Positions 9,278-18,801 of a stretch of DNA of 64,000 nucleotides are shown here, piece by piece. Source of the stretch: a bacterium (lineage in GTDB: Bacteria; Lernaellota; Lernaellaia; JACKCT01); the NCBI GenBank assembly GCA_019912885.1, contig JAIOHV010000149.1, positions 33,441-97,440 of the forward strand. Direction: 5' to 3'. Numbering within the stretch: position 1 is the stretch's first letter; each line of letters starts with the position of its first letter. The notes beneath the pieces were generated by a model, which was not told the DNA's origin, did not search any database, and saw only the letters and a program-made list of their open reading frames with translations. Both the position numbers and the translations under genes were made by a program.

Positions 9278-10081
9278 CTAACTCAGATAGACCGGCAGGC
9301 GGTCCAGAGCAGCGTTCAACTTGTCCGCGATTGGCACGAAGCCCTTGATTTTGAGACGGCAGGAGCCGACAAGCGCCATTGCGTCGCCCTCGCCGCCGAA
9401 GAGCTCGAACGCCGTGTCGTGATCGGCGATCTCCATGATCATGCTCGGATTTTCGACGATGCCCTTTTGCGGGAAGAGCCGTCCACCCTTAATGACCACG
9501 TGCGCCGCGGGACCGTTCGGGATGTGGATCAGGCCGATGCCGTCGCGGATCGACGCGGCCGCCAGGCGCGCCTTTTCATCGTGCTCCGCGACGGGCGAAA
9601 GCCCGAACGTCACCGTGTTCAGCAAGAGGCCGACATGAAATTCGAAAACCTTACGGTCCTTGAGCATTTCCGGCGTCGGCTTGAGGTAATGCTCCATCCG
9701 CTTGGCGAGCTTGTCAAAACCCTTCAGCACTTTCAGGCGCGTCAGCCCGCGCAGCGGGATCGGCATGCTGAAACCGCCCGTTCCGGCGAACGTCCGGTTG
9801 AGATGCTCGGCGGACAGGAAATGCAGGTGCACCGTCGGGCGCTTCGTGCGTCCGGCATGCCAGCGCACGCGGCCGTCGCCGATCTCCAGATGCGCCGCGA
9901 TGCCGCCGGGGCAGGAAAACTGCAAGACCTCGTTCCAGCCCCGGATGATGTCCCGGGCCTCGTCGTCAAACGCGACGACGTCCTCGAGATTCTGGAGCAC
10001 GGCCGACAAATGCAGCCGCGCGAGCACGTTTTGGTCGATCATGGGATAAGCACCTGAAATGACGGAACTTGGCGAAAGCAT
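9278..10081 (-). CDS. SCP2 (sterol-carrier-like) domain-containing protein, first gene of the minus-strand operon
   Basis: C-terminal GEGDAMALVGSCRLKIKGFVPIADKLNAAL resembles the SCP2 lipid-transfer fold; the N-terminal half may hold a second SCP2-like unit. Weak assignment. Confidence 0.4.
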   Translation of the reverse strand: MLSPSSVISGAYPMIDQNVLARLHLSAVLQNLEDVVAFDDEARDIIRGWNEVLQFSCPGGIAAHLEIGDGRVRWHAGRTKRPTVHLHFLSAEHLNRTFAGTGGFSMPIPLRGLTRLKVLKGFDKLAKRMEHYLKPTPEMLKDRKVFEFHVGLLLNTVTFGLSPVAEHDEKARLAAASIRDGIGLIHIPNGPAAHVVIKGGRLFPQKGIVENPSMIMEIADHDTAFELFGGEGDAMALVGSCRLKIKGFVPIADKLNAALDRLPVYLS

Positions 10082-10183
10082 AGGTCAGATGAGGGGGCGC
10101 TTCAAGCGAGGGCGCGTCGTCTTATTTGCATTCACCGGGGGCGTTGCTATCGTTCGCGCCTTGTTAACACTCGTCGCCGGTCC

Positions 10184-11254
10184 ATGAAAGAAACGCTCGG
10201 TATCGGAATCGTCGGCTGCGGCCGCATCGCGGATATGCATGTCCCGGGTTACCGGCGGCGCGCCGATGCGCGCGTCGTTGCGATTTGCGACACGGACGAG
10301 GCGCTTCTCGAACGCCGGCGCGTTGAGTGGGACGTGCCGCGCGCGTACACGCGATACGACGAGCTGCTCGCCGATCCCGCGGTGGACGCCGTGGAGATTC
10401 TCACGCCGCACGATACGCACGCCGCGCTCGTCGTCGCCGCCGCGCGGGCGAAGAAGCACGTCAGCGTGCAAAAGCCAATGGCGGTCACCGCCAAGCAATG
10501 CGACGAGATGGCGCGGGCGTGCCACTATGCCGGGGTGACGCTGCGCGTTTTCGAGAACTTCATTTTCTATCCGCCGTTCGTGCGTCTGAAACAGCTCGTC
10601 GAAGCCGGCGAGATCGGCGAGGTGTTGACCGCGCGCGCCAGACTCGGCGCCGCGTCGGGCGGTTGGCGCGTGCCGCTTTCCGCGTGGCTGTGGCGGCTTG
10701 ATCCCGTGCGCGGCGGCCCTGGCGCGACGATCTACGACGACGGTTATCACAAATTTTCGATGCTGGTGGACCTGTTCGGACCGATCGCGGGCGTGAAGGC
10801 AAACGTCGATCGCTCGCTTGCGGTCATCGACGCGCCGGCGGTCATCAACATCACATTCCGCGACTCGCCCGCGCTCGCCACGTTCGACGCCGCCTTTTTA
10901 CCGAACCTGCGCGTGCGTTCGAAGTATTACGGCGCGGACGAGCGGCTGGAGCTTGTCGGAACGCGGGGGACGATCCGCCTGACGCGCTGCACCGCGCGTC
11001 TTTTCGACGAGCCGGCGGTCGTGCTCGAACGCGACGGCCGCACCTACGGTTTCGACGACGTTTCCGACGACTGGCTCGAAAGCTTCATCGGCAGCACGCA
11101 CGATTTCATCGACGCGCTACGGGCGTTTCGTGCGCCACGCCTGGAGCCGTCGGTGGGTAAGCATCTTGTGCAAGCCGCACTCGCCGCGTACGTCTCGAAC
11201 GCAACCCGGCAGGTCGTCGATCCCGCCACCGTTACCGGCGAGGAAGCGATTTGA
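10184..11254 (+). CDS. Gfo/Idh/MocA family NAD(P)-dependent oxidoreductase
   Basis: N-terminal Rossmann GIGIVGCGRIA...VAICD plus a C-terminal alpha/beta domain. 356 aa. Confidence 0.8.
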   Translation: MKETLGIGIVGCGRIADMHVPGYRRRADARVVAICDTDEALLERRRVEWDVPRAYTRYDELLADPAVDAVEILTPHDTHAALVVAAARAKKHVSVQKPMAVTAKQCDEMARACHYAGVTLRVFENFIFYPPFVRLKQLVEAGEIGEVLTARARLGAASGGWRVPLSAWLWRLDPVRGGPGATIYDDGYHKFSMLVDLFGPIAGVKANVDRSLAVIDAPAVINITFRDSPALATFDAAFLPNLRVRSKYYGADERLELVGTRGTIRLTRCTARLFDEPAVVLERDGRTYGFDDVSDDWLESFIGSTHDFIDALRAFRAPRLEPSVGKHLVQAALAAYVSNATRQVVDPATVTGEEAI

Positions 11255-11303
11255 ATTGGGAATTGCGAATGGCGAATTGGGAATGCCGCCGAAAGGCTCA
11301 TCA

Positions 11304-11579
11304 ATGAGTCCGGCGGGTGCGCGTATTCGGGCGTCGATCGCCTATTCCGTCATGCGCGCAGGGCTTGCCTTGCCGGACGCCTTTGTCGGGCGGCTGGTCG
11401 GGTTTGCTTCGTTCGTCTTTCGGCTGTTTGGCGGCGACGAACGCGCCTATGAGGCCATGCGTGACGCGCGCAGCGTTTTTCTCACCGATCCGCGCGGCGC
11501 GATGTTGGTGCGGCGCATGGTGCGCGATGTCGATCGTCGCCGTCTCGTGATGATCCTTCGCGGGCGGTTTTTGCCGTGA
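11304..11579 (+). CDS. Small hypothetical protein (doubtful)
   Basis: 92-aa ORF between two oxidoreductase genes, high GC3, no recognisable domain. The upstream part of the listed ORF overlaps the preceding gene. Confidence 0.2.
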   Translation: MSPAGARIRASIAYSVMRAGLALPDAFVGRLVGFASFVFRLFGGDERAYEAMRDARSVFLTDPRGAMLVRRMVRDVDRRRLVMILRGRFLP

Positions 11580-12607
11580 GCGCACGCGACGATATGCGCG
11601 TGGCGCTCTGGGGCCTTGGCCGGGCGGCCGAGCGCTGGATCGCCGCCTACAAGACCGCGGGCGTTGCCGTTGTGGGCGCCGGCGATCCCGGCGACGCCTT
11701 GGACGAATTCGCGGCGACGCACGGACTGGCGCGCCGATTCGCAAGCGTCGAGGAGATCATCGACGACGAGAGCATCGGTCTTGTGGAAATCGACATCCCG
11801 GCGCCGCAGGCGGTGAAGGCCGCGTCGCTCCTGCTCGAGGCCGGTGTGCCGGTCGGTCTGCGTGCGTCGGCGGTGACATCGGAGGCCGATGCGCAGGCGC
11901 TCGAGGAGGCGCGCAAGCGCCGTGTGCCGCTGCGACTCCATTCCCCCGTGTTTTATGCGACGCCTGCCGAACGTGCGCGGGACGACCTCGATCGGGATGC
12001 AATCGGCGATGTCCAGACGCTCTTCGCGCGGGCGATCGCGACGGCAACCATCGGCGTCGCGTCCGCGTGGGAAGACGTGTTCGACGCCCTGCCGCTCATG
12101 CACCTGATCGGCCCCGTGCGTTCGTTGCACGTAACGCATGGGAGAGATGACGCGATGCTTATCGCGTGGGCCTCGAATATCGAGCGCGGCGCCGGGCGGT
12201 TCGGATGTTTTGAGGCGATCGTTCGCGCGCGCCCGCCGCTCGACGCGTCCGCGCTCGCCGCTTACGCGACGACGCCGGCGACAGAGGCGGCCATCAATCC
12301 GGCCCCGGACATTTCGTTCGAGGTTTCGGGAACGGACGGTTATTTGTTCGGCGCGCATCTCGCGGGAGGCGAGGGCCGCGCGCCGTATTCGCGCTACATT
12401 CGCGGTACTCTCGACGCGCCGCTCGGAGATCTGCCGCTTGGGGTGGAGGCGATGTTCGCCGCGAGCGCGGCCGATATCGTGCGCGCCGTCCGCGCGCGCA
12501 CCGCGCCTCGATTCGGCATCGAATGGGCGCACGAGATCGGGCGGATACGGTCGGCCATCAACGCGTCGCGCGAAAGCGGTCAGGAAGTGTTGATCGAACC
12601 GGATTGA
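11576..12607 (+). CDS. Gfo/Idh/MocA-like oxidoreductase
   Basis: N-terminal MRVALWGLGRAAERWIAAYKTAGVAVVGAGDP dinucleotide-binding region. 343 aa. Confidence 0.65.
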   Translation: MSARDDMRVALWGLGRAAERWIAAYKTAGVAVVGAGDPGDALDEFAATHGLARRFASVEEIIDDESIGLVEIDIPAPQAVKAASLLLEAGVPVGLRASAVTSEADAQALEEARKRRVPLRLHSPVFYATPAERARDDLDRDAIGDVQTLFARAIATATIGVASAWEDVFDALPLMHLIGPVRSLHVTHGRDDAMLIAWASNIERGAGRFGCFEAIVRARPPLDASALAAYATTPATEAAINPAPDISFEVSGTDGYLFGAHLAGGEGRAPYSRYIRGTLDAPLGDLPLGVEAMFAASAADIVRAVRARTAPRFGIEWAHEIGRIRSAINASRESGQEVLIEPD

Positions 12608-12616
12608 TCGGCGCGA

Positions 12617-13051
12617 TCACTTCCACAAAAACAGGCCGGTCTTCTCGTCTAACTCGCGCTCAAGCGGCGGGGCGTGGTAGGGGGTGATGACAAACTCCAG
12701 CGCGTAAACCGTCGCCGACAGCAAGTGCCCGGCGACGATTTTCGTGCGATCGTTTTCGAGTGCGCCCGCCGTGACGTGGCAGTGCCAGAACGGCTCGCCG
12801 TCGCGCCGGGAGAGGTTGCCGTAGAGCATCAGCACCTCGTGCAGGCCCACGCCGTTGAGCGGATCGCGGTAGGTCTTGCGTTCGTGGTCCCATTCGGTGA
12901 CGGCGACGCGCGTCAGCGCGCCCAACGCGCGAATCTCCGCGGCTTGGAGTTTTCGCTCGCGCGCGACTTGATCGAGCGCGTCGAAAAGGTCCTCGCCGTA
13001 TTCGATCCGGCCGATGATCGCGGGCTTGGCCGTGGCGTCGTAGAGTTTCAT
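12617..13051 (-). CDS. PPC (PCC/DUF296) domain DNA-binding-like protein
   Basis: 144 aa; GALTRVAVTEWD...WHCHVTAG...GHLL pattern of the plants-and-prokaryotes-conserved PPC domain. Confidence 0.65.
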   Translation of the reverse strand: MKLYDATAKPAIIGRIEYGEDLFDALDQVARERKLQAAEIRALGALTRVAVTEWDHERKTYRDPLNGVGLHEVLMLYGNLSRRDGEPFWHCHVTAGALENDRTKIVAGHLLSATVYALEFVITPYHAPPLERELDEKTGLFLWK

Positions 13052-13156
13052 GGAAGTCCTCCGTCAATGCGAATTCGGTGGACGCGATTCGTGCAGACAC
13101 GGAACCGCCCGCTCCCTTGCGGTCGCGGCTCTGACATGGCGATTATCGTAGTCGCA

Positions 13157-15190
13157 TCAGCATCCGCAGCCGCTGTCGTTATCATCGTCGTCGCCGAAAT
13201 CATCGTCGTCGTCCGCGATATCGTCATCCGGGTCGTCGTCCGCGCCGGGCTCGAGAACGATGACCGCGACGCTCGAGGATGCGCTACCGCGCGGTCCGGT
13301 TGCCGTCAGCGTCGCGACGTATTCGCCGGGCTGGTCGTATATGTGCATCGTGTTTTGTTCGTCGCTTGTCGAGGCGTCACCGAAATCCCATTCAAAGCCG
13401 GTAAGACACGCCGCGTCCACGACGATGTGCCCGGTGAACGAAACGGACAGCGGCGCCACGCCGTTACGCGGATCGGCTTCGGCGTGAACGCCGGGCGCCA
13501 GGCAATGTTCGGCCAGCACGACCGCGTCGATATCCGCGCCGGGGCTCTCGCCGGCGATGCGATCTCCGTTGTCGCGGATCAGCACGTATCGGAAACCGGA
13601 CTTGAGAACTGGCGTAAAATTCGACGTCCCCGTGCCGTTTCCGAGCGACGTGAACGGGCTGTCGCGATTGGGCGAGGCGAGGACCTCGTAGTCGTCCGCG
13701 CCATCGGATTCGTCCTCGAAGACGGTCAGATCGATCTCGGGCGAAGTGGAGAGGCTCTCACCGAGATCGAGCATCAGCGCGCCGCCGCCGCCGATCGAAT
13801 ACGAACGCCCGTCCGGAAGAAACAGCGCATCGTGCGGCAGCGTCGTGTTGTCGAAATCGGCGAAGGGCCGGTTCATGTCCGTCATCATCACGCGGATCGC
13901 CGATCGCTCCGGCTCATGCTCTTGTGCCGGCAACGCAATTTCCAGGTCGTCCACCGGGCCGCTTGCGGTGTCGATCGAGAGCACGCGGCTCGCGTGCCCG
14001 TTCGCATGAACGAATACGCGATGTTCGCCCGGCCCGACGACGCGCGCGAACGTGCCGGCCTGGGCGGAGCTGTACGCCGGCCACAGGCCGTCCACCACGA
14101 GGACCGCCTCGAGCGGATCGCCTTTTGCGTCCGTGACGCGGCCGCGAATTCCCTCGCCCGAGCTTCGGATCGCGTCGAGCATCGCGGCGATGTTGCGATC
14201 GATATAACCGGGGATCTTCGCGGCCGCGGGGTTTTTCGGCACGGAGAGCTCGAGAATCACCGACAGCGCGCCACCGGCCTCGTAGCTTGTTTCCTCCGAG
14301 ATTCCGTTGACCATGTACCAGTCGTAACCGTTGATGATCGGATAACCCGACAACTCCGAATAGCGATCGGACATGGCGATCAACAACGCCTCGTCGGGCG
14401 TGGGTTGCGGCGTCGAATCGAACGGGTAGTTCACGACCTCGGCGCCCGAATGAAGCTGCATCGCGATCGCGGGCGCGGTTTCGATGTAATACGCCGACAG
14501 CGCGCGCGTCTCGCTTTCGCTCAAGGCGGTGTCCGAGCCGCCGGCCGGCACGTGGTTGATCGCGAAGTTGCGGTTGAGATCGACGCCGTTTCCGTTGGCG
14601 CGACGGTGCGCCGCATGGCCGTCCGGGTTCGCGATCGGGATGACGCGCACATCGAATGCGTCGAGGATCGCATCGGCTTCCGCGCTACCGGACACGAGCT
14701 CGCCAACGAGCGCCATCAGCACCTCGGTGCCGATTTTCTCGTCGCCGTGGATCGCGGCATCGAACACGACGCGCGGCCCGTCGCACGGCGCGCGGCAAAG
14801 GCGCGCGGCGAAAATATCGCGGCCAGTCTCGGATGAGCCGATCGCGCCGACGCTGACCGAGTCGGGGTGCGTCGCCGCGAGGTCGAAAAGGGCGTCCACC
14901 ACGTCGTCGTAGCCGTAGTAGCCGGTCGGCGCTTTTGGACTTGCTTTCGATTCGACGGCAAAACCCCACGCGGCAAGCCGGGGAATTTCCGAGGCATCGA
15001 CCGATAACGTCACGACATCGCCGTGCCGCGAAGCGATATCGAACCCCGCATACGCGAGAAAATCGAGCCTCGCGCGATCCGGCACGCGCACGTCGATTTC
15101 CATCGCTTCGGCGCGGGCCGCGCGGGGGATCGCCGCGCAAAGAAAAAACACCGCGATGGCGGCGAATCGTGAAATCGTCTTGCGTCCCAT
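13157..15190 (-). CDS. Secreted M14 zinc carboxypeptidase with PKD domain and C-terminal poly-Asp tail ending in ...GCGC
   Basis: Signal peptide MGRKTISRFAAIAVFFLCAAIPRAARA. M14 motifs HGDE(zinc)...NPDG...NRNF. PKD-like FEWDFGDASTSDEQN...YDQPGEYVATLTATG. C-terminus DDDPDDDIADDDDDFGDDDDNDSGCGC then stop. Start ATG at 15190. Confidence 0.8.
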   Translation of the reverse strand: MGRKTISRFAAIAVFFLCAAIPRAARAEAMEIDVRVPDRARLDFLAYAGFDIASRHGDVVTLSVDASEIPRLAAWGFAVESKASPKAPTGYYGYDDVVDALFDLAATHPDSVSVGAIGSSETGRDIFAARLCRAPCDGPRVVFDAAIHGDEKIGTEVLMALVGELVSGSAEADAILDAFDVRVIPIANPDGHAAHRRANGNGVDLNRNFAINHVPAGGSDTALSESETRALSAYYIETAPAIAMQLHSGAEVVNYPFDSTPQPTPDEALLIAMSDRYSELSGYPIINGYDWYMVNGISEETSYEAGGALSVILELSVPKNPAAAKIPGYIDRNIAAMLDAIRSSGEGIRGRVTDAKGDPLEAVLVVDGLWPAYSSAQAGTFARVVGPGEHRVFVHANGHASRVLSIDTASGPVDDLEIALPAQEHEPERSAIRVMMTDMNRPFADFDNTTLPHDALFLPDGRSYSIGGGGALMLDLGESLSTSPEIDLTVFEDESDGADDYEVLASPNRDSPFTSLGNGTGTSNFTPVLKSGFRYVLIRDNGDRIAGESPGADIDAVVLAEHCLAPGVHAEADPRNGVAPLSVSFTGHIVVDAACLTGFEWDFGDASTSDEQNTMHIYDQPGEYVATLTATGPRGSASSSVAVIVLEPGADDDPDDDIADDDDDFGDDDDNDSGCGC

Positions 15191-15277
15191 TTCGCAACCA
15201 TCATACGCACGGCGCGCCTGGTGCGCCACGCCGCGCCTTGCTTGCGGCGCATCGCATTTCGGGCATGATGCCGCCGC

Positions 15278-16576
15278 ATGTCGAGCGCGCGAGTTCTCAG
15301 GATCAGCCTCGTGACGACCGTCTTTCTGGCTGTCGCGCTCGGGATCATTGTGTCGCCGGCCGCCGCGCTTATCCTGCCGGCCTTCGTATCGGGCGCGTAC
15401 CTTTCCGCGGTCACATGGCGGCGCATCACGCTGACGCGCGCCGCGATGCGCCGACGCGAACGCGAGCCGATCCCGGCCGTCGCCCACAAGAATCTGCTGA
15501 TCCTCATCCCCGCGCGCAACGAACAAGACGCGATCGGCGGCTGCCTGAAAAGCCTGACGCATCTGAACTGGCCGGCGGACAAGCGGCGCGTGATCGTGAT
15601 CGATCATGCGTCAAACGACGACACCGGCGATATCGCGCGCGTATTTGCCGAAAAGCGGCCGGGGCACGCCGTCGTGCCTTGCGAGGACGGGGGCGGAAAA
15701 GGTGCGGCGCTGAACGCCGGGCTCGCCGCCGCGCGCGCGGACGGATTTGAACCGGCCTACATTTATGTATTGGACGCCGACGCGAGAGTGGCGCCGGATG
15801 CCGCCGCGTGGCTTTCCCGCGCGATGGACGCGCCCGGCGTTTTTGCGGCACAGGGTTCGATGCATGTCCGCAACGCGGGCGCGAGCCTGGCGGCGACGTA
15901 CGCATCGATCGAGGCGCTCGTACATCAAGGCATCACGCTATGCGGCGCGTCCCGCCTCGGCCGCGTCGTGTCGCTTCTCGGCAGCAATGATCTTGTTTCG
16001 GCCCGGTGGATCGACGGGCACGGCGGCTTTCCGCAAGACACGCGCCTTGAGGACGTGGAGATGACACTCGCGATCCATGACGGCGGCGGGCGCGTGGCGT
16101 TCGAACCACGCTCGGTCGCCACGATCGAGGCCGCGCGGCGCGCAACGAGCGCGTTTGGCCAGCACCGTGCGTGGGGGCGGGGATTTCTGGACGCAGCGGC
16201 GCGCGCCGATGCGAAGGCCGATGATTTCGCGTCCGGCGAACGGGCCGAGCGACACTCGCTCGCCTTCCGCCTCGACCGCGCGTTGTTTGAACTCGGTTAT
16301 CTCGATCGCCCCGCGTTGCTGGTGTTCGCCGCCTGCGCCGCGTGGGCGTCCGTCGCATACGAAACGCATGCGCTCTGGATCGCGCTCGTGGCGTATCTTC
16401 TCGTTCCGGCGTATCAAATTCTCGCCGCGCTGTGGCGATATCAACGCCCGCTTGCCGACTATCTCAAACTTCCGCTTTTGCCGTTCGCGTTTGCGTTTGA
16501 CCTGTTGGCGCAGTCCCTCGCCCTCGTCGACTTTTTTCGCGGCGGCAAGGCGGCATGGCGGCGGACCAGGCGATGA
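15278..16576 (+). CDS. Membrane-integrated family 2 glycosyltransferase (processive synthase/PgaC-like topology)
   Basis: N-terminal TMs, GT-A motifs LLILIPARNEQDAIGG...IDHASNDDTGD...YIYVLDADA, and C-terminal TMs. Confidence 0.75.
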   Translation: MSSARVLRISLVTTVFLAVALGIIVSPAAALILPAFVSGAYLSAVTWRRITLTRAAMRRREREPIPAVAHKNLLILIPARNEQDAIGGCLKSLTHLNWPADKRRVIVIDHASNDDTGDIARVFAEKRPGHAVVPCEDGGGKGAALNAGLAAARADGFEPAYIYVLDADARVAPDAAAWLSRAMDAPGVFAAQGSMHVRNAGASLAATYASIEALVHQGITLCGASRLGRVVSLLGSNDLVSARWIDGHGGFPQDTRLEDVEMTLAIHDGGGRVAFEPRSVATIEAARRATSAFGQHRAWGRGFLDAAARADAKADDFASGERAERHSLAFRLDRALFELGYLDRPALLVFAACAAWASVAYETHALWIALVAYLLVPAYQILAALWRYQRPLADYLKLPLLPFAFAFDLLAQSLALVDFFRGGKAAWRRTRR

Positions 16577-17490
16577 CCGGCACAAGCTCCGATGCGCGCG
16601 ATCTTTTCGAGGCCACGTACGCGCTCGTCATCGCGCACAATTCGGGCGAGGCGCTTGTGCGTTGCGCGGAGCGGCTCGCCGCGATTTTTCCCGGGCGCGT
16701 CATCGTTTTTGACAACGCGTCGGCGGATGACGCGCCGTCGTGCCTTCCCGATGGCATCCGCCGCTTCAGGAGTCCGATAAACGTCGGCTATTGCGCGGCC
16801 GTAAACGAATTGGCGGACCGCGCCTTGAACGCCGGCGCGCGGGCGATCGTCGTCGTCAATCCGGATGCCGCGATCGACGAGGCCTCGGCGCGAAATCTCG
16901 TCGCGCCGCTTGCGGGCGCGGGCGTCGCCGCGGTTTACGGCAAGGTCGTGCGCGCGGACGATCCGTCGGTCCTGGAGGGAGCGTGGGGGGAGGCGACCTT
17001 CCGCCACCGCGCGGTACGTTTGCGCGGGGAGGGCGCGCGCGACGGACCGCGCTGGAATACGCCGCGCCGCGTCCTTTCCGGTCATGGCGCGGCGTTCGCG
17101 GCGCGGGTCGATGCGTTTTTGGCGGCGGGCGGCCTTGCGCCGGAGTTGTTCGCGTATCAGGACGAAGCTGAATTTGGGCTGCGCCTTGCGAAAGCGGGCT
17201 ACGCCAGCGTTTACGAGCCCCGCGCCGTGATTCGTCACGATCGTCCGAGTGACGCCGCGTACCGCGCGCGAAAGGCGTATTTTGTCGCACGCAACAGCGT
17301 ATTCATCGTCACGCGGCACGGCGGATTCGCGCAGCGCGCGAAGTTCGCGTTATTCCTATTGGCTGGGGCGTTGCTATACTACCTCCCTCGCGCCATCTTC
17401 GCGGATGCCGAGGCCCGCGCTTCGCTTGGTGGCTGGATGGACGGCCTGCGCGGGCGTTTCGGTCCACGGCACGACGGAAGTCCCATTTGA
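16555..17490 (+). CDS. Family 2 glycosyltransferase
   Basis: YALVIAHNSGEAL...VIVFDNASADD...VVVNPDA GT-A signature. Overlaps the neighbouring genes by a few nt, so it is operonic. Confidence 0.7.
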   Translation: MAADQAMTGTSSDARDLFEATYALVIAHNSGEALVRCAERLAAIFPGRVIVFDNASADDAPSCLPDGIRRFRSPINVGYCAAVNELADRALNAGARAIVVVNPDAAIDEASARNLVAPLAGAGVAAVYGKVVRADDPSVLEGAWGEATFRHRAVRLRGEGARDGPRWNTPRRVLSGHGAAFAARVDAFLAAGGLAPELFAYQDEAEFGLRLAKAGYASVYEPRAVIRHDRPSDAAYRARKAYFVARNSVFIVTRHGGFAQRAKFALFLLAGALLYYLPRAIFADAEARASLGGWMDGLRGRFGPRHDGSPI

Positions 17491-18797
17491 CGCATCGATA
17501 CATCATTCTCGGCGGCGGGCTCGCCGGCCTGACCATGGCCGACGAGCTTCTCGCGAGGGGCAACGAGGCGACGGTCCTTGAGGCGGCGCCCGAGGTGGGC
17601 GGCCTTGCGCGCAATATCGAGGTGCGCGGGCATCTGTTCGACATCGGCGGCCATCGCTTCTTTTCCGACAAGCAGGAGATCAACGACTGGTTCCGCGCAC
17701 TGATGGAAGGCGAAATCGTCGAGGTCATCCGCAAAAGCCGCATCCTCATGAACGGCCGTTTCGCGGATTATCCCCTGCGGCCGGTCAACGCATTTTTCGG
17801 CATGGGGCCGATGCAGTCGCTGAAAATCGTTCTCGGCTACCTGAATGTCGTCGGACGAAACGGCGGGCCGCAGGAGAATTTCGAGGATTGGGTCGTCGCC
17901 CGGTTCGGACGGCCGCTATACGACATCTATTTCGGCCCGTATACGGAAAAGGCGTGGGGCGTCGATCCGACGCGCATCAGCGCCGAATGGGCCGCGCAGC
18001 GCATCCAGCTCGTTTCCCTGACCGAGGCGGTCCGCAAGGCGGTGCTGCCGTCGAAGGATTCGCCGCGCACCTACGTCTCGCGCTTCATGTATCCGCGCCG
18101 CGGCATTGGCCGAATCACGCAACGACTGGCCGAACGCGTCCGTTCGCGGGGTGGCGACATCCGCCTGAAACACGCCGTCGAAGCGATCGAAAAGCGCGGA
18201 TCGCAATACGCGGTTTCCGCGGGCGGCGCGACCTTCGAGGGCGACCGCATTGTCTCCACGATTCCCGTGCCTCTTCTGGCGAACTTTCTTGGTGAGCCGA
18301 TGGGCGAGGGCGCGCTGGAATACCGCTGCCTGCGTTGCGTCTTCTTGCTCCTGAACCGGCCGCGCGTCACCGACGATACGTGGATCTACGTGCCTGACCG
18401 CAACGTGACGTTCGCGCGCATCCACGAGCCGAAGAACTGGTCTCGCGAGATGGTGCCCGGCGACGGCACGAGCCTGTGCCTGGAGGTCTTTTGCACCGAG
18501 GGCGACGAGATCTGGAACATGCCCGGCGACGAGTTGCATCGGCTCTGCGTCGACGATCTGGCGCGCCTGAAGTTCATCGATCCCGGCGACGTCGCGCACG
18601 CGCACGACATCCGCGTGCGGAATGCGTATCCCGTGTTTCTTGTCGGATACCGGCCGATCCTCGATGACGTTTTGCGTCGCGTCGCGGCGCACGAAGGCGT
18701 TTATACCGTGGGGCGCACCGGGTCGTTCACCTACACCAACATGGATCAGGTCGTCGACCAGGCGTTACGTCTGACCGAACGGATCGTCGGCGCGTAG
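17487..18797 (+). CDS. FAD-dependent oxidoreductase (amine-oxidase/UDP-galactopyranose-mutase-like fold)
   Basis: N-terminal GXGXXG (IILGGGLAGLTMADEL) followed by a flavin-binding fold. Precise substrate unknown. Confidence 0.55.
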   Translation: MTHRYIILGGGLAGLTMADELLARGNEATVLEAAPEVGGLARNIEVRGHLFDIGGHRFFSDKQEINDWFRALMEGEIVEVIRKSRILMNGRFADYPLRPVNAFFGMGPMQSLKIVLGYLNVVGRNGGPQENFEDWVVARFGRPLYDIYFGPYTEKAWGVDPTRISAEWAAQRIQLVSLTEAVRKAVLPSKDSPRTYVSRFMYPRRGIGRITQRLAERVRSRGGDIRLKHAVEAIEKRGSQYAVSAGGATFEGDRIVSTIPVPLLANFLGEPMGEGALEYRCLRCVFLLLNRPRVTDDTWIYVPDRNVTFARIHEPKNWSREMVPGDGTSLCLEVFCTEGDEIWNMPGDELHRLCVDDLARLKFIDPGDVAHAHDIRVRNAYPVFLVGYRPILDDVLRRVAAHEGVYTVGRTGSFTYTNMDQVVDQALRLTERIVGA

Positions 18798-18801
18798 GCG
18801 T

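Noticed and set aside
11130-11303. N-terminal part of listed ORF 11130-11579
   Set aside because: It overlaps the 3' end of the well-supported Gfo/Idh/MocA gene in another frame. Only the downstream portion from ATG 11304 is retained, at low confidence.
13157-13260. Canonical MYXO-CTERM sorting signal on the M14 peptidase
   Set aside because: A Cys-Gly-Cys motif is present, but the ORF stops immediately after GCGC. No hydrophobic helix or basic tail follows in any frame downstream, so it is not a canonical MYXO-CTERM.
12674-14836. Very long antisense ORFs (for example 12674-14836+, 8459-10057+, 20200-21750-, 28374-30506-, 61093-63321-, 37956-39536-, 39708-41060-, 55716-56939-)
   Set aside because: Typical shadow ORFs of a 68% GC genome. 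Translations are Arg/Ala/Gly-rich low-complexity with no domain signatures, while the opposite strand in each case encodes a protein with unambiguous family motifs.
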